A stretch of DNA of 43,611 nucleotides, from positions 1,184-44,794 of the forward strand of contig CAZBNU010000005.1 of assembly GCA_964493075.1 (NCBI GenBank), read 5' to 3'. The notes under the pieces are model-generated. The model did no database searches. It was given only the letters and a program-made list of their open reading frames with translations, and was not told the DNA's origin. Of the stretch, positions 34,027 to 42,978 are shown in pieces (position 1 is the first letter of the stretch; each line of letters opens with the position of its first letter). This DNA is from an uncultured Nitrospirales bacterium. GTDB taxonomy: Bacteria; Hydrogenedentota; Hydrogenedentia; Hydrogenedentales; CAITNO01. Both the position numbers and the translations under genes were made by a program.

Positions 34027-37000
34027 ATGATGCAAAACAGAGTATCCACTCCCCCGTTGCGGGAGGACCAATTCAAGAAGCGGGGGTTCTGGGCGTTGGT
34101 TGCCACCCAGTTTCAGGGTGCATTCAATGACAATCTGTATCAGTACATCATCATTTTCTATTTATTGAGCCAGTTTCGTGATGTGCCCCAAGGCGCAGAA
34201 GAATACAGGTACTTTGGGTATTGGCCTTCAAGTACCTTTGTGCCTGCTTTCGCTAACTTTCTTTTTGCCCTGCCTTTCATTATTTTTCCCGGCATTTTTG
34301 GGGCGCTTGCAGACCGTTTCAGCAAACAGCGCCTTGCCGTCGCCACGAAGTGGCTGGAAATCTGTGTAATGTCCCTCGGGGGGATTGCCTTTTACCTGGG
34401 GTACACACCGCTTGTCTGGGGTATCCTGTTTCTGATGGCCACCCAAAGCGCTCTCTTTGGTCCTGCGAAGTATGGCATCCTGCCGGAAATCCTGCCCTCA
34501 TCCCGACTTTCCTGGGGGAATGGCGTTATTCAAATGGGCACCATCATTGCGATTATAGCCGGTATGGGACTGGCGGGCCCCTTGTTTTTGAAAATACAAG
34601 ACCATATCTATTTTGCATCTCTGGTGTTGGTAAGCCTGTCCGCCATCGGCATTGCGACTTCCTATTTTATTACTCGTCCGCCCGCCGCCAATCCCAACAT
34701 GCCCCTTCCCAAAAATCCTCTGATGCCCTGGCAGGGCATGGGCAATAAGTTTGCGGCTATACGCAAAGATCGGCTCCTGTTTTATACTGTTGTCGGGTAT
34801 GTCTACTTTTGGTTTGTGGGCGCACTGGCCCGGCAAAATATGTTCAAATTCGCTGAGATCAACCTGATGATTTCGGAGGACCGTACTTCCTATCTTTTGG
34901 CCGCTATTGCCATCGGCATCGGTGTTGGCGCATTGTTGGCCGGTTATCTTTCGCGGGGCAAAGTGGAGTTGGGACTGATTCCTGTTGGCGCTTTGGGTAT
35001 GACCTTGTTTTCCCTTTTATTGGCGTTTCCAGCGGATGTTCATCGTGCCACTACGATTCCTCTTGCACGATTTATCGCAGTGCCCCTCACCGGCGGCGCA
35101 TCGGGTTTTGCTTCCAATCTGGCCGCAAATGTGGGTGGGCATTATCTTGTGGTGCTGCTATTTTCGCTGGGGCTTGGCATGTTTGCGGGCATTTTTGGTG
35201 TGCCACTGGCGGCGGCGATCCAGAAACGTGCACCGAAGGACATCAAAGGGGGCGTGATTGCCGCCGTGAACATGCTTACCTTTGTAGGCATTGCCCTGTC
35301 TTCACTGGTATTTCTGGGCCTTGAAAGCATGGGGTTTTCCGCATACAGCGTTTTCGGTTTCATGGCATTCAGCGCTCTGGGCATTGGCCTGGTGCTTTGC
35401 GCGTTCAAGCCCATCATGGCTATACGCATGGTGTGGTGGTGTCTTGACGGCACGCTTTTCAAGTTGAAGGCATCGGACCGTCATAATATTCCAGAGGAGG
35501 GCGGCGCACTGCTAGTGTGCAACCACGAATCTTTTGTGGACGCCATGGCCTTGCAGGCAGCGTTTGACAGGGAAGTATACTTCGTGGTTGGCGGGAATTT
35601 GCTGAACACCCCTTGGTTGCGCCGCTGCGCCCAGTGCATGTATATCATCCCTGTGGATGAGAATGAAGAACAGGCGATGACGGACGCTGTTGCAGAGATT
35701 CGCCACAAAATTTCACAGGGTCATCTGGTATGCGTCAACCGTTCGAAGCAGTTTGTTCGTGATGGCTGCGAACTGCCCTGGTATCAGGACTATACAGTCT
35801 TGACTCGGGATTTGAACGTGCCTATTATACCGGTGGCCATCAGCCGTCTTTGGGAAGTGCTCTATGTATTCCGCGAGGGACGCATACAATGGCGGTTTCC
35901 CAAGGTAATGCGTTTCCCTATACATGTATGCTGTGGTGAGCCGGTAAGCGAGGACTTGGCGGCCTGCCGGATGCGTGATGCGGTGCAGCAGGTCAACGTG
36001 GACGGGTATATGCGCAGAAGTTATCGCCACGATGTTCTGCAATATGGCTTCATCAGCGTGGCACGTCGTTTTTTCTGGCGCATGAGTATGGCGGACCTCA
36101 TGACCGGTAAACTGAATTATTTCAAAACGCTGGTCGGTACCATTGCCTTGGCCAGAAAATTCAAGCCTATCCTGGGTCAGACACAGATGGTTGCCATACT
36201 GATGCCGCCCACCATCGGTGGTGCGCTTGCAAATCTTGCAGTGCAGCTTATGGGTCGTATTCCGGTTAACCTAAATTATACTGCTTCGAACGAAATTATC
36301 GGCGAATGTGCGGAACGGTGCAAAACCACCCACACCATCACCTCCCGTGCCTTTCTGGAGCGTGTACCGTTGACGCCTCCGGGCGAGTCGGTTTTTCTTG
36401 AAGACATTAAGCAGAGTGTTTCAGGAAAAGACCGGGTAATGGCTATGTTAATGGCGGTTTTTATGCCCAAATTTCTGTTGTTGCGAATGCTGGGAGCAAC
36501 ACCCAAAACAAAAGACGACATTGCTACGGTGATCTTCTCAAGCGGCAGTGAAGGTATTCCTAAAGGCGTGGTGCTGACGCACCGAAATATCACCACGGTG
36601 ATCGAGGGGTTGCGGGAGATGTTCCCTCACGACAAGAATAGTTGTCTTGTTGGATTCCTGCCTTTTTTTCACTCCTTCGGCTTTTCCATCACCTTGTGGG
36701 CCGCCATGCTGGAAGGATTACGGGGTATTTACCATCCCAATCCGCTTGAGCCCAAACCCATCGGGCAGCTTATTAAGAAATACGGTGGTTCCATCATGAT
36801 TTCCACGCCAACCTTCCTGCAGGGATTCATCCGTCGTTGTGAACCGGAACAAATGCTTAGTCTGGATTGTGTTATTACTGGTGCGGAGAAACTGCCCGAC
36901 CGCATCTGCGAGGCCTTCCGTGAACGTTTCACGAAAGAACCCATGGAGGGCTATGGCACAACCGAATGTGCGCCCGTGGTTTCAGTGAATGTGTTTGATT

Positions 37001-37599
37001 CCGAGTCGCCGGGTTTCTATTTGCAGCACTGCAAGCACAACACCATAGGCCGTCCTTTCCCGTATCAGCTGGTGAAAGTCGTAGACCCCGGAAACCATGA
37101 AGAACTTCCTGTTGGCGAACCGGGCTTGTTGATGGTCAAGGGACCGAACATTATGGCGGGTTATCTCAACGATCCAGAACGAACGGCAAAAGTGTTGCAC
37201 GACGGCTGGTACGAAACTGGGGATATCGCCGCTGTTGATGAGGATGGTTTCATCATCATTACGGACCGTCTTGCCCGTTTCAGCAAGATTGGCGGTGAAA
37301 TGATTCCCCACAACCGCATTGAGGAATGCCTGCATACTCTGCTTGAACTTACCGAGCAAACGCTGATTGTGGCAGGCGTAGCTGATGAATCACGGGGCGA
37401 GCGGCTGGTGGTGTTGCATACTCTTGATGACACCCAACTTGCCGAACTTAAAGAACGGCTAAAAGACTGCGACTTGCCTAACCTGTGGCGTCCCCGTCCG
37501 AACTCTTTTTATCACATTGAAGCAATCCCAGTTCTTGGTACCGGAAAGATGGATATCAGAAAAGCCAAACAAATGGCGATTGAATTGGCGGGGACATAG
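34027..37599 (+). CDS. triple-domain lysophospholipid recycling protein: LplT-like MFS transporter + PlsC-type acyltransferase + acyl-ACP synthetase (Aas-like)
   Basis: 1190-aa ORF. The first ~470 aa form a 12-helix MFS-like region. Next comes the HX4D acyltransferase motif CNHESFVDA. The adenylate-forming motifs follow: IFSSGSEGIPKGVVLTHRN, EGYGTTE, YETGDIA, GTGKMDIRK. Confidence 0.8.
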   Translation: MMQNRVSTPPLREDQFKKRGFWALVATQFQGAFNDNLYQYIIIFYLLSQFRDVPQGAEEYRYFGYWPSSTFVPAFANFLFALPFIIFPGIFGALADRFSKQRLAVATKWLEICVMSLGGIAFYLGYTPLVWGILFLMATQSALFGPAKYGILPEILPSSRLSWGNGVIQMGTIIAIIAGMGLAGPLFLKIQDHIYFASLVLVSLSAIGIATSYFITRPPAANPNMPLPKNPLMPWQGMGNKFAAIRKDRLLFYTVVGYVYFWFVGALARQNMFKFAEINLMISEDRTSYLLAAIAIGIGVGALLAGYLSRGKVELGLIPVGALGMTLFSLLLAFPADVHRATTIPLARFIAVPLTGGASGFASNLAANVGGHYLVVLLFSLGLGMFAGIFGVPLAAAIQKRAPKDIKGGVIAAVNMLTFVGIALSSLVFLGLESMGFSAYSVFGFMAFSALGIGLVLCAFKPIMAIRMVWWCLDGTLFKLKASDRHNIPEEGGALLVCNHESFVDAMALQAAFDREVYFVVGGNLLNTPWLRRCAQCMYIIPVDENEEQAMTDAVAEIRHKISQGHLVCVNRSKQFVRDGCELPWYQDYTVLTRDLNVPIIPVAISRLWEVLYVFREGRIQWRFPKVMRFPIHVCCGEPVSEDLAACRMRDAVQQVNVDGYMRRSYRHDVLQYGFISVARRFFWRMSMADLMTGKLNYFKTLVGTIALARKFKPILGQTQMVAILMPPTIGGALANLAVQLMGRIPVNLNYTASNEIIGECAERCKTTHTITSRAFLERVPLTPPGESVFLEDIKQSVSGKDRVMAMLMAVFMPKFLLLRMLGATPKTKDDIATVIFSSGSEGIPKGVVLTHRNITTVIEGLREMFPHDKNSCLVGFLPFFHSFGFSITLWAAMLEGLRGIYHPNPLEPKPIGQLIKKYGGSIMISTPTFLQGFIRRCEPEQMLSLDCVITGAEKLPDRICEAFRERFTKEPMEGYGTTECAPVVSVNVFDSESPGFYLQHCKHNTIGRPFPYQLVKVVDPGNHEELPVGEPGLLMVKGPNIMAGYLNDPERTAKVLHDGWYETGDIAAVDEDGFIIITDRLARFSKIGGEMIPHNRIEECLHTLLELTEQTLIVAGVADESRGERLVVLHTLDDTQLAELKERLKDCDLPNLWRPRPNSFYHIEAIPVLGTGKMDIRKAKQMAIELAGT

Positions 37600-37681
37600 G
37601 TGATCGTAAAATTGCAGGAGAGGGTGTGCCACCCGGATGAAAGGTTTTACTCTGGCGAGTCACATTATGAAAGTCTGCGCG

Positions 37682-40081
37682 TTACGGAAGGTTGGGTTTT
37701 TCTTGCCCTTCAGTTTCAAGGGTTTCCTTCTCTTCCGCTTCATCCCTTAATAGCTTTACTTCCAGCGGTGATAGCGTATCCAGATGAATATCTCGTTGTG
37801 GGAACGCAATGGCAATGCCTGCTTCCTTGAAGAGTTTGTCTATGCGGTGACGAACATCGCTCATGACCACTCGGGCATCCGAAAACGGGGTGATATCTAC
37901 CCAGAAGAAGGCGGCAAACTGGAGGGCGTTGTCGCCAAAATCTTCAAAGATAACCTTGGGTTCCGGATCTTTCAATATCATTCCGTGTTCCGTAACGGCG
38001 CGCATCATTAGTTTTGCTACGTCGCGTGTGGGGGACCCATAGGCCGCGCCTACGGCGACTCTCAGCCTGATTTTCTTGTCGGTCAGCGTCCAGTTGATTA
38101 CATTATTTTCCAGAAATTTACTGTTTGGGATGAGCATGTCAATGCCGGAGAAGAGTTTCAGGCGGGATGCGCGTGCGCCGATGTTGGTGATAATGCCTGT
38201 TTGTCCATCCACATCCACCCAGTCGCCGATACGGATGGGCTGTTCGCCCATGAGAATCAGACCGCACAGGAAGTTATTGATGAGGTTCTGTGCGCCAAAA
38301 CCGATACCGAGGGCTATAGCGCCGCCGAGGAAGGTGAATATAGTCAGGGGTATGTTCACGTAGTTCAATGCAAAATAAATGACAATAATGAACCATGCAT
38401 AGTGGGAGAGTTTCTCAACAATCAGCACCACATTTGATTCCACTTTCCAGCGATCCTGCATTAACACGCGTAGGAAACGGATGGCAATGTGTCCGCCGAC
38501 CAAACCGACTACAAGAATGATGATCAGGTAGAAAAGTTTACGACCAGTAATGGATTCGCCGCCGATCTCTGTCAATTCTCTGTCAAATCCGGTGGAAACG
38601 ACAGTATAGGCCCGCTTTACACTGTCACCAATGCGCTCCATCCAGTTCTGTTCCAATTGCCGTGCCCGCACATCCATGATAATGCGCTCGGTCAGGTTTA
38701 TCACCTGCGCCAGACGCATTTGAATACGGGTGCGCAACGTCTCCCGATCGCGTAATACTGCTAGTTGTTGTTCAATAACGCTTTTGTTGCCGAGCGCCTC
38801 AGTCCAGTTGGCCAGTTGCGTTTCGAGGGTAGTAATCTGGCTGCGCAGACTCATGGCGCGTCCATCGCCAGCAATGCGTTCCTTGCTCAGCATTGTCAGT
38901 TGTTCGCCAAGTTCTAATTCCAACACCTTCCAGTCGGGCCGCTCCGGCGCCAGCATTGGATTGGCCACATTGAAGCGGGTTTGCCAGAGTTGAATCACAC
39001 GATTTTCATATTCCTGAAGGGATTCAATAATGGCCAAATGAATGCGGGCTGCTTCCATACGGCTCCGCGCCAGGGCAAGTTCATCACGCGCCTGCTGTTG
39101 TGCCGCTGGGTCTGTGGCGTTTTCCAGGATACGTTCTGTCTGGGACGTTTTTGTCCGCTGTTTTTCGATATTGTCCCGCGCTTTTTGGCCTTCCGCCTCC
39201 AGTTCTTTTATGGTGGCGTTTTGGCGTTCAATGATAGCGTCCAGTTCATCCTGGCGGAAAATGGTCTGCTCCCTCGCCCGTTGCACCCGCATCTGTGCAA
39301 GATTAAGATTTTTGTCCTGCAGTTCCCTGTACTGTTCTGTGCGCTTCAGCTCTGCTTTTGCCGCTTCATGCTCTGCTTCGTTGGCTGTAACCAGTATCTT
39401 TGCAGTTTCAACCTCATACAATACGCGTGGACGTTCTTCATTACTGGATATGTTGCGTAATTGTTCGCTTATTTGGTTTAACGCAGTTTTGGAGGTTGCA
39501 ATATCCGCATTTTCCATGGAGACCAGTTCGCGCAATGCACGCAGAGACAGTAATTCGGCCTCCACATCCATTTGTTTAACGGCGACCTCATCCAGCAGTT
39601 TGTCCAGAAAAGCAATCGTATAGGGTGGTTCTTCGGATATCGCCAGAGCGGCCTCAAATTCCCCATCGAACTTTTGCAGACGCTCCACCAAATCCTGGGT
39701 GTCGCGTAAGGCGTTGCGATGACGCTGATAGGCCATCAGAAGTTTGCGATAGGCTGCTGTTCGTGCCTGAACGGCCTCAATAGGCACAGTGCGGTTTTCT
39801 TCTGTTCCCGATTCTTCCAATACCTGATTTTCAGCAATCAAGCGTTCTGCTTCGGCTATCTGAGAGTCCAGGGCCAGTATCTGTGTTTCCAAGGTATTTT
39901 CAACTGGTACAGGTACAGCCTCCCCTTCGGATGAACTCGCCTGTGCCCCCGTATTTTCCGTGGTTTCTGGCTCTGTTATCTGGGCGGAAAGAGGCATCGT
40001 CACAAATATGGACAGCAGCAATATTGGTAGTAATAATTTCCAAATGGGGTGTACAATCTGGTTTTGTGTAACGGTAATCAC
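37682..40081 (-). CDS. MscS-family mechanosensitive channel with long N-terminal periplasmic coiled-coil domain (MscK/KefA-like)
   Basis: 799-aa ORF starting at a GTG (AAGGA 7 nt upstream) with a signal peptide. A ~480-aa Glu/Gln/Leu/Arg-rich heptad-like region is followed by several TM helices. The MscS beta-domain then follows (IRIGDWVDVDGQTGIITNIGARASRL, MLIPNSKFLENNVINWT). Confidence 0.8.
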   Translation of the reverse strand: MITVTQNQIVHPIWKLLLPILLLSIFVTMPLSAQITEPETTENTGAQASSSEGEAVPVPVENTLETQILALDSQIAEAERLIAENQVLEESGTEENRTVPIEAVQARTAAYRKLLMAYQRHRNALRDTQDLVERLQKFDGEFEAALAISEEPPYTIAFLDKLLDEVAVKQMDVEAELLSLRALRELVSMENADIATSKTALNQISEQLRNISSNEERPRVLYEVETAKILVTANEAEHEAAKAELKRTEQYRELQDKNLNLAQMRVQRAREQTIFRQDELDAIIERQNATIKELEAEGQKARDNIEKQRTKTSQTERILENATDPAAQQQARDELALARSRMEAARIHLAIIESLQEYENRVIQLWQTRFNVANPMLAPERPDWKVLELELGEQLTMLSKERIAGDGRAMSLRSQITTLETQLANWTEALGNKSVIEQQLAVLRDRETLRTRIQMRLAQVINLTERIIMDVRARQLEQNWMERIGDSVKRAYTVVSTGFDRELTEIGGESITGRKLFYLIIILVVGLVGGHIAIRFLRVLMQDRWKVESNVVLIVEKLSHYAWFIIVIYFALNYVNIPLTIFTFLGGAIALGIGFGAQNLINNFLCGLILMGEQPIRIGDWVDVDGQTGIITNIGARASRLKLFSGIDMLIPNSKFLENNVINWTLTDKKIRLRVAVGAAYGSPTRDVAKLMMRAVTEHGMILKDPEPKVIFEDFGDNALQFAAFFWVDITPFSDARVVMSDVRHRIDKLFKEAGIAIAFPQRDIHLDTLSPLEVKLLRDEAEEKETLETEGQEKPNLP

Positions 40082-40090
40082 AGGTAAATC

Positions 40091-40150
40091 CTTTACTATT
40101 TTTCAGATATCTTTACATATTTTCTTATTGCTTTACCATAACCATTATTG
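40091..40150. repeat. three degenerate 20-bp tandem units each starting CTTTAC, immediately upstream of the channel gene
   Basis: CTTTAC occurs at 40091, 40111 and 40131 (exact 20-bp phasing). Units 2 and 3 also share a ...TTATTG end. On the coding (minus) strand the motif is GTAAAG, and the copy nearest the start overlaps the Shine-Dalgarno AAGGA. Confidence 0.7.
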
Positions 40151-40296
40151 CCTGCTCGTATCAAGTTAACGAAAGTATCTATCACGAACACGGATGAGGA
40201 AAGGCAGCAGATTTTCTGAAAACTTCCCTTTGATGCTGTGTTTTTGGTATATACATACGAAAATCATGTCAAATCAACAATAGGTATCTCAGATTT

Positions 40297-41298
40297 GTGA
40301 AAAAAGAATACACAGAGGGCGCTACAAACAAAGCCTCTTTCTTTCTGGGCGTATTTGTGACGCTTATTATTTTGGGATTGGTTGTTGCCGCCAACTGGCT
40401 ATTCTGGCGCCAGCAACAGCAGGCAGCGTCCCTGATTACAGGCGAAAATGACCTCAATGATATTGTCCATGTTGATTGGTCTACTTTTTGGCGGTTAGAG
40501 CCCAACCTTTCAGACCACCAGGTTGTTGAGATGCTTGCAGATGATACGGGTAGGTCTTCAACCTATTCTTACAGCACTAATGAACTGGGTTTTCGCAGTC
40601 CGCCAATCAAGTCGCCAAAGCCTCCCCTTCGTATTCTTGCCATAGGAGACTCTACTACCTTTGGCCAGCATCTAGAAGATGCGGAGACTTGGCCTGCCCG
40701 CTTGCAGATGCTGCTTGATCCTGTCAGCAAAGAAATCGAGGTGATCAACGCTGGTGTTATAGGGGCAAGTTCTTTTCAAGGGCTGAGTTTTCTGGTAACA
40801 CAAGGACTGGCCCTGAAGCCAGATATAGTCATTGCAACTTTTGGCTTCAATGACTGGGCGCAGGCGCCCCTGTCAGACCGTGCCCGGGCACGGCTTTACG
40901 CTGAACGGGGCGTTCTCAGCATGTTTAAGCGGGCGACACACGCCGCCTTTGGCACTGGCAAGGAAATGGTGCCCCGTGCGACGCCGGGCGAGTATGTGGA
41001 TCATCTTTTTTTTCTGGCGGATATATGTGAAAAGAACAACATTTCGTTACTGTTTCTTATATGGCCCAGCCCCTGGGAAGTGGAAGAACCCGTAGAACAA
41101 ATGAGCCGGTACAAACCCTACCTTGAAGAGGTGTGTCGAATTACCGAGGCCGAATGTATTGATCTGCAGCCGGTTTTTGCCGCAGCGGATGTGCCAACCC
41201 ACTTGGATTGCATTCATGGGACCGTGGAAGGCTGTGGGCTTGTTGCTGAAGCAATTGCTGCTTTGGTGAAAGATAAATACGGCAAGCCCTCTCCATAG
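40297..41298 (+). CDS. membrane-anchored SGNH/GDSL-family hydrolase
   Basis: GTG start. N-terminal TM anchor (FFLGVFVTLIILGLVVAANWLFW). Block I is ILAIGDSTTFG (catalytic Ser), followed by GVIGASS and FGFNDW blocks and a C-terminal D..H (LDCIHGT). Confidence 0.75.
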   Translation: MKKEYTEGATNKASFFLGVFVTLIILGLVVAANWLFWRQQQQAASLITGENDLNDIVHVDWSTFWRLEPNLSDHQVVEMLADDTGRSSTYSYSTNELGFRSPPIKSPKPPLRILAIGDSTTFGQHLEDAETWPARLQMLLDPVSKEIEVINAGVIGASSFQGLSFLVTQGLALKPDIVIATFGFNDWAQAPLSDRARARLYAERGVLSMFKRATHAAFGTGKEMVPRATPGEYVDHLFFLADICEKNNISLLFLIWPSPWEVEEPVEQMSRYKPYLEEVCRITEAECIDLQPVFAAADVPTHLDCIHGTVEGCGLVAEAIAALVKDKYGKPSP

Positions 41299-41620
41299 AA
41301 GTGACATTGATAAGACTTTTTGCTTTGGGCCTTTTCATGTGGCGAAGGCATATCCCACTATTATTTGGAACCAAATATCCAAGCGAATTACTTCACTTAT
41401 TCGAAATGAAGCCGTAAAATATGGTAAACTTCACCACTTGTCCGGTAGTCCTATCTAATAGAAATGCTAGCGCGTTAATGTTTAGGAGTATTTGGCGTAT
41501 GCCGATTCTTTTACCGGATGTCTTTATAGGCCGATAGTTTTGTAACACGGCTGTGCGCAGAATAGATATAGGGCTTGCCTGTCCTGTGTCATTACATGCC
41601 TCATAAAGAAAGGAATATCT

Positions 41621-41893
41621 GTGTCTCAAAATCCAGAAGTTTCCGGTGAATTGAAGAAGACTGGAAACTATATCGAGATTCGTTCAGAACGGTGCAAGGG
41701 TTGTTATTTATGCATGGAGGCCTGCCCCTACGGTTTGATCGAAAAAAGCGACAGCATAAACAGCGCTGGCTGCTATCCGGGACAGCCTTCTGAAATGGCG
41801 CCTTACAAATGTACCGCTTGCGGGCTTTGCTTTCAAATGTGTCCTGATGGCGCTATCTTGGTTTATAAAAAAGAAAAGGAGGCGGACCAATGA
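41621..41893 (+). CDS. 2x[4Fe-4S] ferredoxin-type delta subunit of a 2-oxoacid:ferredoxin oxidoreductase
   Basis: 90-aa ORF with a GTG start and AAGGA 6 nt upstream. Two cluster motifs, CKGCYLCMEACP and CTACGLCFQMCPDGA. Its stop overlaps the next start (ATGA at 41890..41893). Confidence 0.8.
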   Translation: MSQNPEVSGELKKTGNYIEIRSERCKGCYLCMEACPYGLIEKSDSINSAGCYPGQPSEMAPYKCTACGLCFQMCPDGAILVYKKEKEADQ

Positions 41894-42978
41894 GCGCGTT
41901 TTTTATGCAAACTGTGGAGCGCACCGCCAAGCCAGTTCTAGTGCAGGGTAACATTGCGCTTGCAGAAGGCGCCCTGCATGCAGGGCTGGATTGTTATTTC
42001 GGGTATCCCATCACGCCACAAAATCAGGTGCCAGAGTATCTTTCCGCCAAATTGCCGGAAAGAGACGGGGTATTTGTGCAGGCGGAAAGCGAATTGGCCA
42101 GTATCAATATGGTGCTTGGCGCTGCTGCTACGGGCGCACGGGCAATGACCAGTTCTTCCGGCCCCGGCATTTCTCTGATGCAGGAAGGCATATCCTTTAT
42201 AGCAGGCGATCAGTTGCCGGCGGTTATTGCGAATGTCATGCGCTGTGGTCCGGGAATGGGCGGCATTAAACCCACTCAGGGTGATTACTACCAGGCGACC
42301 CGCGGTGGTGGGCATGGCGATTATCACACGATTACGTTGGCGCCCGCGAGTGCGCAGGAAATGTTCGACCTGACCTACCGTGCCTTTGATATTGCCGATA
42401 CCTACCGTAATCCTGTTTTGATCCTTGCTGATGCCATTCTGGGACAGATGAAAGAGCCGGCCATATTAGAGCCACCCTATGAACGTCAAAAGATAGACAA
42501 GAGTGATTGGGCTCTTACCGGCGCTGTGCAACGCAAGGCGCGCAACATTCGGAGTATGCTTCTCGAAGGTGACGATCAGGAGCAGCTGAACTATGAACTG
42601 GAACGAAAGTACAATCGTGTCAAGCAGGAACTGCCCATGTGGGAATGCATTGATACGGAAGATGCGGACTTGGTCATTGTTGCGTTTGGCACTTCAGCAC
42701 GCATTTCGTCTTCGGCGGCACGTATTGCCAGGACCGAGGGGCTGCGCGTGGGGGTGATGCGGCCCATAACACTCTTTCCTTTCCCGGAAGATGCGCTGCG
42801 CGAACTGGCGTCCAAAGTGAGCCGGTTTCTTGTTGTGGAAATGAATCTCGGCCAGATGCTGCACGATGTACGCGCCATAGTGGGTCACGATATTCCCGTA
42901 TCCTTCCATGGCCGTCCGGGCGGCGGCGTGCCGACTACAAGCGAGGTATTGGGTAAGATAAAGGAGAGTTTATCATGA
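41890..42978 (+). CDS. 2-oxoacid:ferredoxin oxidoreductase alpha subunit (KorA/VorB/PorA-type)
   Basis: 362-aa ORF with the N-terminal ...VQGNIALAEGALHAGLDCYFGYPITPQNQV signature of OFOR alpha subunits. Translationally coupled on both sides. Confidence 0.85.
   Translation: MSAFFMQTVERTAKPVLVQGNIALAEGALHAGLDCYFGYPITPQNQVPEYLSAKLPERDGVFVQAESELASINMVLGAAATGARAMTSSSGPGISLMQEGISFIAGDQLPAVIANVMRCGPGMGGIKPTQGDYYQATRGGGHGDYHTITLAPASAQEMFDLTYRAFDIADTYRNPVLILADAILGQMKEPAILEPPYERQKIDKSDWALTGAVQRKARNIRSMLLEGDDQEQLNYELERKYNRVKQELPMWECIDTEDADLVIVAFGTSARISSSAARIARTEGLRVGVMRPITLFPFPEDALRELASKVSRFLVVEMNLGQMLHDVRAIVGHDIPVSFHGRPGGGVPTTSEVLGKIKESLS

Noticed and set aside
41393-41629. 78-aa minus-strand ORF in the AT-rich gap upstream of the OFOR operon
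   Set aside because: It has no RBS and no recognisable motif, and it overlaps the RBS and start of the ferredoxin gene. It is most likely non-coding promoter/leader DNA, though the 320-bp gap remains unexplained.
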